Positions 25,339 through 35,219 of a DNA stretch of 64,000 nucleotides are shown one piece after another. Origin of the DNA: a virus. Below the pieces are notes generated by a model. It made no database searches, was not told the origin of the DNA, and worked only from the letters and a program-made list of their open reading frames with translations. Each line of letters starts with the position of its first letter. The stretch's first letter is position 1. The stretch lies in the IMG/VR virus record IMGVR_UViG_3300006931_000007. The stretch is one strand, 5' to 3'. The position numbers and the translations under genes are program-made.

Positions 25339-25941
25339 TTACTCTTTCGGGCCGCGCGCGGCTTCCCGATTGAAGCCCGGGGCGACGCCTTCGACATCAG
25401 CGCGGGTGAAGCCGGTCGAACCGTACAAGCCTTGTAGGGCTTGGATAGCCGGTTGACCTGCCGCAGTCCAGTGCGCATCGTTCTCGGGATCGAGACTGTG
25501 GACGGCCTTCAACAGACGCTGGTTCAGCTCCGCCGGTTGTCCGTCCCCGTTGGAAACACCCCCGGTTTGCCCGGCTTCGGAGCCAGTTGACTCGCCGCCG
25601 TTTGGTGCTGCACCACCGGCTTCAGACCCTGTCCCGTCGGACTCACTATTGCCTGAAAGCGTTGCTGCCGGGTCGGACTCTTGATTGGTCTGAAGATCAC
25701 CGAGGCCATCGCCGTTCTCCTGGTTGATTTGAGCCGCCGCGGTCGAGAGACCGACCAAGGCTGGGTGCCCTTCCGGGTAGGCTTGATAGCTACGCTCCAA
25801 AAATTGGAGGTCCATCGCTACATCGGTGGGTGGGCCAACCAGGTCGAGCTTGCCTTGAAAGAACTCAAACTTGTTGAGCTTAACTGTCTGGCCGGCGTAA
25901 TGGCCGATCAGTACAACGCGAACTTTAATTGGTGCTGACAT
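25339..25941 (-). CDS. hypothetical head-module protein with G/S/E-rich linker
   Basis: 200-aa ORF downstream of the capsid genes, with a low-complexity central region. Confidence 0.65.
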   Translation of the reverse strand: MSAPIKVRVVLIGHYAGQTVKLNKFEFFQGKLDLVGPPTDVAMDLQFLERSYQAYPEGHPALVGLSTAAAQINQENGDGLGDLQTNQESDPAATLSGNSESDGTGSEAGGAAPNGGESTGSEAGQTGGVSNGDGQPAELNQRLLKAVHSLDPENDAHWTAAGQPAIQALQGLYGSTGFTRADVEGVAPGFNREAARGPKE

Positions 25942-25963
25942 GATGTTCTCCGTTCTGTCGAAA

Positions 25964-26542
25964 TTAAACTTGTTTAACCGCGGCCAGCGAAATCGGAATC
26001 ACGGCAGCGTCCGCCGGTAATACTACCGAGAGAACTGCGCCAGCGATACCGCCATCCACGATAGTGCCGACCAGCGACGGGATCGCACCCTTGCCGTTCG
26101 GAGGAGTGATGGACACGAACAACTTTTTGTCGCCGATGTTGTCGGCGATACCCGCAACCGTGAGCACTTGCGAGGTCGAGTTGTACGCCGCGTTGGCGAT
26201 GACCGGGAGGGCGTTCAAGGCAACAACCAAGGCCGCACCGATTTCGTCGATAGTGTCGTTGGTCACGTCGCCGACTACAGTGACTTCCGCCGGATCAGCC
26301 CCACCAACGCCGAAGCCGCCGCTGATGCGGACATTGAAGGACCAGCCCACCCAATTGGTTCCGGCAACAATGGCCGTGACCGTGGTGTCATTCGCCCAAG
26401 CAAGACCATCCCCATCATAGCGGGCAGAGCAAATTTCTTTGGCAGCGGTTGCGTCGGCAGCGAATACAACTTGGGCGTCCGCGCCTTCAGGAAGATTGTG
26501 ACCGGATTTGTTGCGGTCCATTGTAACTAAATATGCTGGCAT
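25964..26542 (-). CDS. hypothetical head-module protein (possible decoration protein)
   Basis: 192 aa, directly after the major capsid gene and its attenuating hairpin. SD AGGAG upstream. Confidence 0.65.
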   Translation of the reverse strand: MPAYLVTMDRNKSGHNLPEGADAQVVFAADATAAKEICSARYDGDGLAWANDTTVTAIVAGTNWVGWSFNVRISGGFGVGGADPAEVTVVGDVTNDTIDEIGAALVVALNALPVIANAAYNSTSQVLTVAGIADNIGDKKLFVSITPPNGKGAIPSLVGTIVDGGIAGAVLSVVLPADAAVIPISLAAVKQV

Positions 26543-26564
26543 GATGTGACTCCTGAAAAGGGAT

Positions 26565-26600
26565 CAAACAAAAGGGCGGACCAGTTAGACCGGCCCGCCC
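26565..26600 (-). terminator. intrinsic terminator after the major capsid gene
   Basis: Minus strand reads GGGCGGGCC-(9 nt)-GGTCCGCCC (9-bp stem with one G.U) followed by TTTTGTTTG. Confidence 0.7.
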
Positions 26601-26635
26601 TTCGGGTACATCTTGGGCAAAGCCCCCGGGAGGGC

Positions 26636-27568
26636 TTAGTTGGTGATGCCGTCCGCGCAGGCCAGGCCTTTCTCGCTGAACAACGCGAGACCAGCATACC
26701 ACTTCACGCGCCAGATGTGTTCATCGGCATCTTCCTTCTCGCCGACGTCAACAACCTGGATACCCGAGGCGGTCGCAGCGGTCAGGCCGACGATACCGTG
26801 GGTGCGTGAACCGTCATCGAACGTACCCGCGAAGATCGTGGTTTGCGCCGAGCCGGTGCCTTTAACTTGGTTGGTGGGAATGTAGTCGTTGCGGAAGATC
26901 GGGCAACCACTGTACGCCGGAACTTCAGCGCCAGAAGGCAACTCGACAACTTCGTTGATCGACGCACCACCGAGTGCACGCAACAGCGCCTTGTAGCTAC
27001 GCAGAGTGCGGGCATGCATGGTGATATAATCCACCTGGCCGTCTTTGTCCACAACCAAGTCCATGAGCTGGTCGAGGAAGTCGAAGGACAGAGCGCCACC
27101 GTTGTTACCCGTCGCAACTTTCTGGCCAGCGGCGCAGAGTTGGATCAGACCGGCGATTTCGTTACCGGAACCGAGACCGTTGATCAGCTGATCTTGGAAT
27201 TTGCGGCCCGCGCTTTTCGCTTTCGAGGCGATCTGCGTAGCGGTTTGATCGTTACCGTCGCCGGAGCGAGTGGCTTGGATCAGGCCGTTGACTTCCGCAT
27301 CACCCATGATCGTGGTCAGGTTCGAGTTGACCTTGGTGAAGGTTGCAGCCGCTTTACCAGCGCCAGCGCCGGAGAAAGTGGTGCCAACACCTGCCATGAT
27401 CACGTCGCCGAGGACGTTTTCACGGTTGTACGCCAAGCTGTTACCGTCGATTGCGTCGAAGGGCAGCACGTCATACATGCGGTTTACGGTGATGATGTTT
27501 TCGATGACGCCAGCAACCAGTTCATCCTGGGCGAGCTTGGCGGATTCAGCGAGCGTTACAGAAGCCAT
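26636..27568 (-). CDS. major capsid protein (HK97-fold type)
   Basis: 310 aa, after the scaffold gene and flanked by hairpins. The N-terminal region LAQDELVAGVIENIITVNRMYDVLPF is typical of phage capsid family proteins, from memory. Confidence 0.8.
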   Translation of the reverse strand: MASVTLAESAKLAQDELVAGVIENIITVNRMYDVLPFDAIDGNSLAYNRENVLGDVIMAGVGTTFSGAGAGKAAATFTKVNSNLTTIMGDAEVNGLIQATRSGDGNDQTATQIASKAKSAGRKFQDQLINGLGSGNEIAGLIQLCAAGQKVATGNNGGALSFDFLDQLMDLVVDKDGQVDYITMHARTLRSYKALLRALGGASINEVVELPSGAEVPAYSGCPIFRNDYIPTNQVKGTGSAQTTIFAGTFDDGSRTHGIVGLTAATASGIQVVDVGEKEDADEHIWRVKWYAGLALFSEKGLACADGITN

Positions 27569-27693
27569 GATTGGCCCTCCAAAGTGGACAAAGAAATTCT
27601 GCGGTTCAGCCGTGACCGGATCACCCGGGGTCGCGGCCCTTTCCGAATCACTCTTGGGGGCCTGGAGCTTTGGGCTTTCACCAAAGTGCGCTC

Positions 27694-27722
27694 AGTATAA
27701 TCGCACTTGCTACAAAAGAAAA
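27694..27722 (-). promoter_or_regulatory. candidate promoter TTTTCT-N17-TATACT upstream of the capsid gene
   Basis: A weaker member of the TTTACT/TATACT family. It overlaps the T-tract of the scaffold terminator. Confidence 0.35.
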
Positions 27723-27741
27723 GCCCCTTGTTGGGGGCTTT
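27709..27741 (-). terminator. intrinsic terminator after the scaffold gene
   Basis: Minus strand reads AAAGCCCC-CAACAA-GGGGCTTT followed by TCTTTTGT. Confidence 0.65.
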
Positions 27742-27744
27742 CGA

Positions 27745-28551
27745 TTAACGACGATTTTGCTTGTTCAAACCTGCCGCGATCTTCTGCGTGGAGGTCAGCT
27801 GCTGACCTTGCTGCGGTGGGAGTTTCCGGGCGCCGTTCGCCGGGAAGCCTCCGCCGCCTTGTTGCTGTTCAGACTCGAACAACCGGCCATACTTCTCATT
27901 GGCCTTCATCTCAACAACAAGTTCCTTGATCGTCATAGGCGATCCGGTGGCGCCATAGCGAACCTCGCCGGCTCCGTCGATGACGGTCACTTTGAACTGA
28001 CCATCTTCTTCCATGACCTTGACTTGGTTCTTGATGAAGGGCAACAACAGCTCGGGGACGCCTTTCAATTCAGCGACCGCCGCGGTGGCGTTGTTCTCGA
28101 CCAATAGACTGTACAGCTGATCTTGGAGACCCTTGGCGCGGGCATCGCGCTTCGCGAGTTCCGCCGCGTGTGCTTGGGCCAAGCCCGCCTTCACGCCTTC
28201 GATTTTCTTTTCAACGTCGGTCCCTTTCGTGCCAGCGGCCTCGGCAATCGCTTTCACGATGTTTTCCTTGATCGTGGCAGGGCTGTCGCCGAACTCGGCC
28301 AGGGGCGAAAGATCAACCGCCTTGGTTTTGAGATCGTTCCGAAGTTGCTTGTTGGATTTGTTGAAACCGTTGATGGCTTCGGCGACGGGCTTCAGATTGT
28401 CGGCGATACCAAATTTGCCGTCCTCACCTGGAGTGGTCGAGTAGAGCGAACGAAATTGTTCAGGGACTTTGTCGACAGACTCGACGGGGGTGAAATCGAA
28501 TTCCATGTTGGTATCCTCAAGTATCAGCGAATCACTCGCCGGGTGCATCAC
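27745..28551 (-). CDS. scaffolding protein
   Basis: 268 aa, A/E/K-rich helical sequence between the head-morphogenesis and capsid genes. Confidence 0.7.
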   Translation of the reverse strand: MMHPASDSLILEDTNMEFDFTPVESVDKVPEQFRSLYSTTPGEDGKFGIADNLKPVAEAINGFNKSNKQLRNDLKTKAVDLSPLAEFGDSPATIKENIVKAIAEAAGTKGTDVEKKIEGVKAGLAQAHAAELAKRDARAKGLQDQLYSLLVENNATAAVAELKGVPELLLPFIKNQVKVMEEDGQFKVTVIDGAGEVRYGATGSPMTIKELVVEMKANEKYGRLFESEQQQGGGGFPANGARKLPPQQGQQLTSTQKIAAGLNKQNRR

Positions 28552-28569
28552 GCAAGGCGGATTGTAGCC

Positions 28570-29778
28570 CTAGAAAGTTGCGGGGTCAAGTCCCGCGCGG
28601 ACAAAGGCTTCAGGCTTCGTCGCGGCGAGCTGTGACAGGGTCAATTCGTTTCCACGACGGTCTACAAATTCTTGTACCGTGAGATCACCCCGACGGAACA
28701 AGGCACCCTTGGTTTGGCCCAACACCTGATCCTGGAACGCCGCGGGCTGGCGCTTCAAGAACTCCTGATATGTTGTCGCCGCGGGAACCCGGCCAATGTT
28801 CTGAGCAGCCCAAGCAGCGCGAACGTCCTGGATGGGGACGCCATCGGCGCGGGCCTGTTTCCTGAAGTCAATTTCGCGCTTGTCGGGCGTCCGGGTATCC
28901 GTCACGGTCGGACGCTTACCGATGAGGCCAACGCCGTCAATATACGCGACCATGATGGAGCGGCAATTCATATGAGCCGGCGGCTTCGCGTTCGGAGGAC
29001 TGAGGGCGATCAGGCCCGCGGGCAACTCATTATCGCCGACCGGCGCGGCGCAACCGTCCCGGGCTCGACAGATCGCCGAGGTGCGACCGTCGAGCGTGGC
29101 GTGCCAGATACGCGCGGTGATCACATCTTGGTTCGCGTCCCAGACGTACTCGCGCGCCGTATTGGAAACGTGATTCACCGCAGTACGGACGATTGTTTGG
29201 GCGTCACGCCGAGTGATCGACAGAATGCCGTCACTGTACTTGTTCGCTCGGGTCCCGACGATGCGCCGGACAATATCGTCAACAGGCTCGCCGTTGGCCA
29301 TACCGATCTGAAGGGCCTGCGTCAAGCGCACCTGGTCCTGCTGTTCCAGAGTCTTGTACCAATCACCCAACAACCGACCGTGAAAGGGGCGCGAAGTCGC
29401 TATGGCGCGCAACTGATCAACCGCGACGGAGGCGAAATCAACCTGGATCGGAATGGAGGCGAGCAATATATCCACCTCCTTGGCTGCTTCGAGCTTTCCA
29501 AGGTCCGACAGCTCAGGCTTGCTCATGTTCCGGTATTCGGCCATGGTCGCGGCGCGCGCGGTCCGAATGTCCGCCAGAAGGGCTTGCCAGCGTTCGCCGG
29601 TGAAGTCGATGGGTTTGCCCTCGAAGCGCGCCAGGCGAGTACGCAACTGCTCAACAAGATCGCGGTCAGCGAGTTCGAGCAATTGCGCGATCCGAAGGGT
29701 TAAGCCTGAGCTGTAGCGACGCACACCGATCTGGTGCCGAATCGCCGCATCACGGTACTCCTCGTTGGCGGTAGCCAT
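28570..29778 (-). CDS. head morphogenesis protein (Mu F / SPP1 gp7 family)
   Basis: WHATLDGRTSAICRARDG matches the D-x-R-T-x3-C-x3-D-G signature of the family. It lies directly after the portal gene. Confidence 0.75.
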   Translation of the reverse strand: MATANEEYRDAAIRHQIGVRRYSSGLTLRIAQLLELADRDLVEQLRTRLARFEGKPIDFTGERWQALLADIRTARAATMAEYRNMSKPELSDLGKLEAAKEVDILLASIPIQVDFASVAVDQLRAIATSRPFHGRLLGDWYKTLEQQDQVRLTQALQIGMANGEPVDDIVRRIVGTRANKYSDGILSITRRDAQTIVRTAVNHVSNTAREYVWDANQDVITARIWHATLDGRTSAICRARDGCAAPVGDNELPAGLIALSPPNAKPPAHMNCRSIMVAYIDGVGLIGKRPTVTDTRTPDKREIDFRKQARADGVPIQDVRAAWAAQNIGRVPAATTYQEFLKRQPAAFQDQVLGQTKGALFRRGDLTVQEFVDRRGNELTLSQLAATKPEAFVRAGLDPATF

Positions 29779-31391
29779 TATTTAATGGCCTTTTTCTTCG
29801 CTGGCGCCTTCTTAGCAGCAGGCTTTTTGGCCGCTGGTTTCTTCGCGGCTGGGCCTTTCGGCGCATTCGGATCGCCAGCCGGAGGCGTGGAACCGGGGAA
29901 CTGATTGACAGGTTCGCCAGTGAGCGGGTCCACTTTCGGCAGGATCGGCTTGCCGGTTGGATCAAGTTCGATACCCGCGGCACCAAGGGCTTCGGTCGCT
30001 TCGTCCTGAAGTTCTTGGGCATCCTCCTCGGCGTCGAAGTCCTCGGACAATAGGCCGCGCAGGCGGAGTTCTTCGAGGTAGGCAACGCGGCTGATGTCGC
30101 GGCGGTCGCGTGCCTTGTTCAAAGTATCCAGGCCCGCGGAATCAACCTCAGCCACGTCATAATCTTTCACCAACTCGACCGTGCCGCCCTCTGGGAGCTT
30201 CATCCAATCCGCAGTCATCTGTAGAGCTGACGCAATCGAGTCCTCGAAGATAACAACCATTGCTGCGAGGTCGCTGGAGGCTTCCGCCGAGTCGATAGCG
30301 CGACCCGTCGCCGTCTGATCGCCCGGGCGCTCCTTCAGAAACTGAGAGCCATAGCCCGCCATCTGTACTTCAAGGGCTTCGAGGTCCTTGCGACCGGCTT
30401 CAATCGCGGCGCCGGTGTGTTCCACGTAGTAAAACTTGCCATTTGGGTCGGGGTTGTACAGGATTTGGTTCGGCCCAACAACTACTGCAGTGCCGTCCTC
30501 ACCCGAAGCGCCCGAGCAAGCGAGCATCGGGAAGCGCGCGACCGTCAGGATGTGACGCTGGTCCGAGGTCGATTGCCAATGAGCAACGTTCAACCACGCG
30601 AGGTCCGTCAGCGGGGGCTTACCCTCCATGAAGGCTTCGCGGTTGGCGTAGAACGTCACCAGCGGAATGTAATCAATGCCGGTTGCCCAGCTATCGGCCA
30701 TGAACCACTCAGGCTCGCCGTCGCGTTTCTTCGTCGGGTGCGGTTCCCATAGCTCGACCAGGCCGGGTTCAAGGACGCGGATGCGTACCTTGCTCACTTC
30801 AGCAAAGCCGTCACGCACCGTGTAGGTTTCGAGGATGCGGACGTGCATCAGTACCTCGACGCCCTCGACAACTTGGGCCTCGGCGAACAGGACGCATTCA
30901 GGTTTGATCAGGGACCAATAGGGGCGCACACCTTCCTTCCGATCATCAGCCAAAGTACGCGGCTGACCCTCGACCTTGGGTTGAAGGCGGGGCATATCGA
31001 CCAGGACGTGAGCGAACGCCTTGGCGATACCCTCACGGAACCAACGCCGCGCAAACACGTCCAGGGAGTTACCCTGTAAATCGACATCCTCCAGGATCGG
31101 TTCAACGATGGCTGGAGGAACGTCATCATTGACCTTAATTTCCTCAATGAATGGCTTCCCAACCAAGTTTTCCAGCGTTTGCTCTGTCATATTGAGCAGA
31201 ACCGCCCCGGCGATCCGGGCCGCATAGTTCTGATCCGTCTCCTGACTGTACTTCGGGGCATAGGTCTCGCCCGCGGCGCGCATGGCCTCCGTTCCGCCCA
31301 ACAAGGTCTCAAGTAGCACCCAGCGCGGCATCATGCAGTCATGCGCGGCGGAGGTAGTGGCCGGGCTCTTTGGATCTTTCTTGTTTGACAT
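29778..31391 (-). CDS. portal protein with Lys/Ala/Pro-rich C-terminal tail
   Basis: 537 aa, lying between the terminase region and the Mu F-like gene. The C-terminus reads PAAKKPAAKKPAAKKAPAKKKAIK. Confidence 0.75.
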   Translation of the reverse strand: MSNKKDPKSPATTSAAHDCMMPRWVLLETLLGGTEAMRAAGETYAPKYSQETDQNYAARIAGAVLLNMTEQTLENLVGKPFIEEIKVNDDVPPAIVEPILEDVDLQGNSLDVFARRWFREGIAKAFAHVLVDMPRLQPKVEGQPRTLADDRKEGVRPYWSLIKPECVLFAEAQVVEGVEVLMHVRILETYTVRDGFAEVSKVRIRVLEPGLVELWEPHPTKKRDGEPEWFMADSWATGIDYIPLVTFYANREAFMEGKPPLTDLAWLNVAHWQSTSDQRHILTVARFPMLACSGASGEDGTAVVVGPNQILYNPDPNGKFYYVEHTGAAIEAGRKDLEALEVQMAGYGSQFLKERPGDQTATGRAIDSAEASSDLAAMVVIFEDSIASALQMTADWMKLPEGGTVELVKDYDVAEVDSAGLDTLNKARDRRDISRVAYLEELRLRGLLSEDFDAEEDAQELQDEATEALGAAGIELDPTGKPILPKVDPLTGEPVNQFPGSTPPAGDPNAPKGPAAKKPAAKKPAAKKAPAKKKAIK

Positions 31392-31407
31392 GTTATGTCC
31401 CCGAGTA

Positions 31408-33231
31408 TTAAGCAGCGGCTACAGGATACCGATAAAACCGCACCGGCGGCAAACCTTCCGCATTGCGAAGGAAGTTTGTAAATGCGGAGCCATCCGAGTT
31501 CTCCTGCATTGCAGCATAGCTTACCGTCGCGCTTCCGGCGGTAATCGGCGCCGACAGGGTAATATCAACCCGCGTCGTGTCCGCATTTATGACAACAGAG
31601 CTAATCGTTTGGGCAACCCCCGCAACTTCAACCAACCACAAGTTATCAGCGCCTTTGTTTGCAAGGACTTGGTTGAAGAAACAACTCACGACAGTTGTAC
31701 TTCCCGAAACGTTCCGGGCACTGGTTAAGTGAGGATGGCCGACATGAGGCACGTTGTTTCCACTACCGTCGATGACCCGAAGGTTAGGCAACCCCATGAT
31801 CCGATTCGCAATCACCAGAGCGGCACGGCGTCCATTCTCCTTCTGACCAGCAGTAGCTAGGTGGTAACCATCGGTCGAACCGTTCATAGCCACATCCCAC
31901 GTCGGGTATACAAACACCTTTGACGTTTTCGCGGTCGAGGCTTCTTGAATCACCATTTGCGTGAAATCACAAGTTGTGGTTGTACCTCCCGCGTTGCGTT
32001 GTATAGCAAATGAAGTTCCTGCGGTTGCGACAAAGGTAAATTCATATAAGTGATCGCCGGTCAAGCCGCTCGATTGCGTTGCTTGGGCTACTCCGTCAAG
32101 CGTCCATCCAGAAGCTGGGTTGACCAAGTTCAAAGCGATCTTAAACGCCCCAACCGTACAATTCGCCCTGAAACTTATCTTGTATGCGCGACCAATTACA
32201 TAATCGTGCGTAAGAGCAAGCCCATTACCGTCTCCGCCTAACGTCGTCATGCGAACGCCGCCAGCAATGCTCGTGAAATTTGAGGTTGCTGTATTTCCGC
32301 TGATATACCACTCCGGTGCCGCTGCTGTGAGTCCGTTGTTAATTGTTTTCCACGACGAAGTACCGAACGCCGAAGCAATAACAGAACTGTCTCCGTAATC
32401 TTGGTCAAGCTGGCGCTGGCTATCTGCTCCAATCGCTAAAGCGAGAGTAACAGCGGGATCAGTATGGGGAGCCAACTGTGGAATGATGACAGGCACGTTA
32501 CCAAACCAATAACGATAGGCTGAAATCAAAGATACATAATTTGTAGCCCGAGTCTGAGCCGTCCCGCCGGTTTCCCCTTCATGACCGTGGTGAAGGATAA
32601 TCAAGCGAGAGAAATCGCCCTGACATGCCAAGTTCACGCGGTCGCGCATCTGCCCAAACAAAGAAGTGAGCACCGGCGGGTCATCATAAGCGTTCTGCAG
32701 CCATCCCGGAATGAAAGTGGAACCGACCGCACACGGAAGGATCAAAACATCAGCCCCGGTGAGACGCTTGAGCCAATTTGCTAAATCTAACGCCAATGAG
32801 TAGCGCGCGTTGGCTGGGTTTCCCGCGTTCGGCGTCCAGTTGTCTACCGCGCCCGCGTACCGATTGTGGGATGGTTCGGTGAGGTTGCGGTAGACATTAT
32901 CTTTCGCGAGCATCATACAACCGGGAATCGAAAGCGGCAAATTGGCCGGCATAATACCATTGCCTTCTCCGTTCGATTGACCAGCAATAACAATAACCCA
33001 ACGATTGGTCGAACCCAGCTGGCCGAGAAGGCCATGACTACGGTTGTGATTGGATAGGCCGATGGCGGCTTGGTCCGAGCTAATTGGAGTCAGGATATTG
33101 TTGGTGACATCGTATTTGTAATTAACACCATCGACAACATAAGTATCAACTGTATTGAAAATCTGGGTGCCTGAGTTCTTCAAAGCCAAAAGGCGCAATA
33201 CTTCTGTTTTGGAATAGCCGATGGTGCTCAT
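31408..33231 (-). CDS. SASA/DUF303-type carbohydrate O-acetylesterase with inserted and C-terminal beta-domains
   Basis: It has the GQSNGEGNG nucleophile motif, then HHGHEGETGG, and a distal DGYHL (Asp/His) about 370 aa after the Ser. This implies an insertion of roughly 140 aa within the esterase fold. Confidence 0.65.
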   Translation of the reverse strand: MSTIGYSKTEVLRLLALKNSGTQIFNTVDTYVVDGVNYKYDVTNNILTPISSDQAAIGLSNHNRSHGLLGQLGSTNRWVIVIAGQSNGEGNGIMPANLPLSIPGCMMLAKDNVYRNLTEPSHNRYAGAVDNWTPNAGNPANARYSLALDLANWLKRLTGADVLILPCAVGSTFIPGWLQNAYDDPPVLTSLFGQMRDRVNLACQGDFSRLIILHHGHEGETGGTAQTRATNYVSLISAYRYWFGNVPVIIPQLAPHTDPAVTLALAIGADSQRQLDQDYGDSSVIASAFGTSSWKTINNGLTAAAPEWYISGNTATSNFTSIAGGVRMTTLGGDGNGLALTHDYVIGRAYKISFRANCTVGAFKIALNLVNPASGWTLDGVAQATQSSGLTGDHLYEFTFVATAGTSFAIQRNAGGTTTTCDFTQMVIQEASTAKTSKVFVYPTWDVAMNGSTDGYHLATAGQKENGRRAALVIANRIMGLPNLRVIDGSGNNVPHVGHPHLTSARNVSGSTTVVSCFFNQVLANKGADNLWLVEVAGVAQTISSVVINADTTRVDITLSAPITAGSATVSYAAMQENSDGSAFTNFLRNAEGLPPVRFYRYPVAAA

Positions 33232-33255
33232 GGTAAATCCTCAAAGTTAAGTGGA

Positions 33256-33624
33256 TTAATCTTCGCGACGGCAGAAGAACGGCAGGCGGTAGAAATGCCC
33301 CGGCATACCGATCTTGAGCTTGCCTTCGTTGTGAAGTTCGATGAAGCGGTGTTTCTGCTCTTCATCAAAGTGTTGGAAGTAGAACTTGATGGCGGACAAG
33401 GGCTCGCCACCGCTGTTCTCAATGTACACTTTGTAATCCTTGTCGGTCGGACCAAGCTGAATGTCACCAGCTTCGAGACGCGCCATCAACTGATCGGGGT
33501 TGTAGCTCCCGCAATAACTGCAAGTGTCGTTATCCCGCCAAACCATTTCGCCGTTGAACGGGGGCTTCATCATCGAGAGGGTCGCCCCGTTCTCACGAGC
33601 GCGTGGACAAATTTGATCGGTCAT
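33256..33624 (-). CDS. hypothetical protein
   Basis: 122-aa ORF between the large terminase and esterase genes. It contains CSYC. Confidence 0.6.
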   Translation of the reverse strand: MTDQICPRARENGATLSMMKPPFNGEMVWRDNDTCSYCGSYNPDQLMARLEAGDIQLGPTDKDYKVYIENSGGEPLSAIKFYFQHFDEEQKHRFIELHNEGKLKIGMPGHFYRLPFFCRRED

Positions 33625-33683
33625 AATTCAGCTCCTCGGATCGGTTGCTATTCTCGCCGGCCTGACGCGCGCCGGCAAGTTGT

Positions 33684-35219
33684 TTACATCTTACCAGTCG
33701 CGACACCGCGCAGTTTCTTCCGTACACGATAGCGCCAGGCATCGCCGATGTGGTCCTCAGTCTCTGTATCCACATCGTCGAGGTCCTTGTCATCGCGCTG
33801 GAGAGTCGGGATCAGCTCTTGCGACTGCAAACAAGTATCGAACACGAACAGACCAGGCATCTCACGCGGGAGACCGTTGGGCATAGGCAACGCGCCCTTC
33901 AGCGCTTTCCTGATCATTTCCCAACCCTGCTTCCGCGAGCCCGGACCCTTATCAGCAGCCTGCCAGCGCACACCCTTCTTGCGCATGTCCGCTTCGATGC
34001 TGTTACCATTCTCAGTGTCGAAGATCGAAGCATCAGCCGGACCTGGCTTGACCCGATTATGGATGCCCCAATCCTCCTCGCGATCCTTGATGCCTTGGGC
34101 GACTTCGACAGCGAGCATTTTCACGCCTTCGTTCCGAGTACCTGACCAGCCATACCATTCAGCAATCTGGTAGGTGTCGCCCTTGAGCTTGCCATACATG
34201 CGGCCTTGATACTCGAACGGCTCACCATTAGATTCGGCCCACCAGCAGACGCTGAAGGGCGCCGAGCTACCCCAGTCAAAGCTGCGGTCAATCTTCCAAC
34301 CGCGAGGGATCATGGTCAATGGCAGCGACGGAACAACGTGTATTTCGCCATTCCAGATATCATCGAACATGCCCCCGGCGAGAATGTCCCAGGAGCCGTC
34401 AAGCCAGGCTTTCAGTTCGCTCGGGTTCCGCGCCGCGGCCCTGATCTTTTGGATGTAATCGGGGTCAGCGTGAAGAAGTATTTTGTTTTCATAGATCGAA
34501 CCATGGATGGCGACCCGAGGCGGCTGAAGCTCGCCGTCCTTGTAGTCGTCAACAATAACCTTGCCGCGACTCTGCGGAAGGCGAAACCGACGCTTGACCC
34601 AGTTATGCCCTGGACCATAGGGATTGGTGGAGGCGCGATAACAACGCGGCATTCCAGGCTTCGTCGAGCGCGAGCACGACATCATAACGGTGTAACACTT
34701 ATCATCAGGCCAGTTGCAAAGCTCCTCCCAACCAATCCAGGGATAGGCGTGGCCGTGGTAGTTCCAATAGTCATCCTGGGTTTTCATGTGGCGCAGCAGG
34801 AGCTGTTCGCCGTCGGGGAAGGTCCAGGTGTGTTCGACCTTGTTGAACTTCGCGCCGGGGAAGATCAGGCGAAACCATTTCTGCGTCTTGGCGATAACGT
34901 CAGTCAGCTGCGGATAGGTTTGACGGAACAGGATGCCGCGCCATTCGGCTCCGAACCCCTTACCAACGTGTTGGAGGAAGTCCATGAGCAAGCAATCGGT
35001 CTTGCCCGGGCCTCGCGTCCCTTCATACAGGACCTCGAACACTGGACAAGCCAAGAACGCCTCTTGCGACCCGGGCTGAGGAGCCCAAGCACAATGGTGG
35101 TAGGTCGCGCCGTCCCAATACTGGGCGCACAACTCGCCGTCATCGTTGACATACCATTCAATGCCCGGCTCCTTCGGACGTTCGATGGTCTCGGCAATAG
35201 CGTCCGCAAGCTCACTCAT
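33684..35219 (-). CDS. terminase large subunit
   Basis: 511 aa. Walker A-like GTRGPGKTD. Its start overlaps the small-subunit gene stop. Confidence 0.85.
   Translation of the reverse strand: MSELADAIAETIERPKEPGIEWYVNDDGELCAQYWDGATYHHCAWAPQPGSQEAFLACPVFEVLYEGTRGPGKTDCLLMDFLQHVGKGFGAEWRGILFRQTYPQLTDVIAKTQKWFRLIFPGAKFNKVEHTWTFPDGEQLLLRHMKTQDDYWNYHGHAYPWIGWEELCNWPDDKCYTVMMSCSRSTKPGMPRCYRASTNPYGPGHNWVKRRFRLPQSRGKVIVDDYKDGELQPPRVAIHGSIYENKILLHADPDYIQKIRAAARNPSELKAWLDGSWDILAGGMFDDIWNGEIHVVPSLPLTMIPRGWKIDRSFDWGSSAPFSVCWWAESNGEPFEYQGRMYGKLKGDTYQIAEWYGWSGTRNEGVKMLAVEVAQGIKDREEDWGIHNRVKPGPADASIFDTENGNSIEADMRKKGVRWQAADKGPGSRKQGWEMIRKALKGALPMPNGLPREMPGLFVFDTCLQSQELIPTLQRDDKDLDDVDTETEDHIGDAWRYRVRKKLRGVATGKM

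Noticed and set aside
24897-25478. Track ORFs 24897..25199 and 25284..25478 in the gap upstream of the spanin.
   Set aside because: They are Arg-rich shadow frames. The gap is better explained by the 55-aa SD-preceded ORF 25141..25308.
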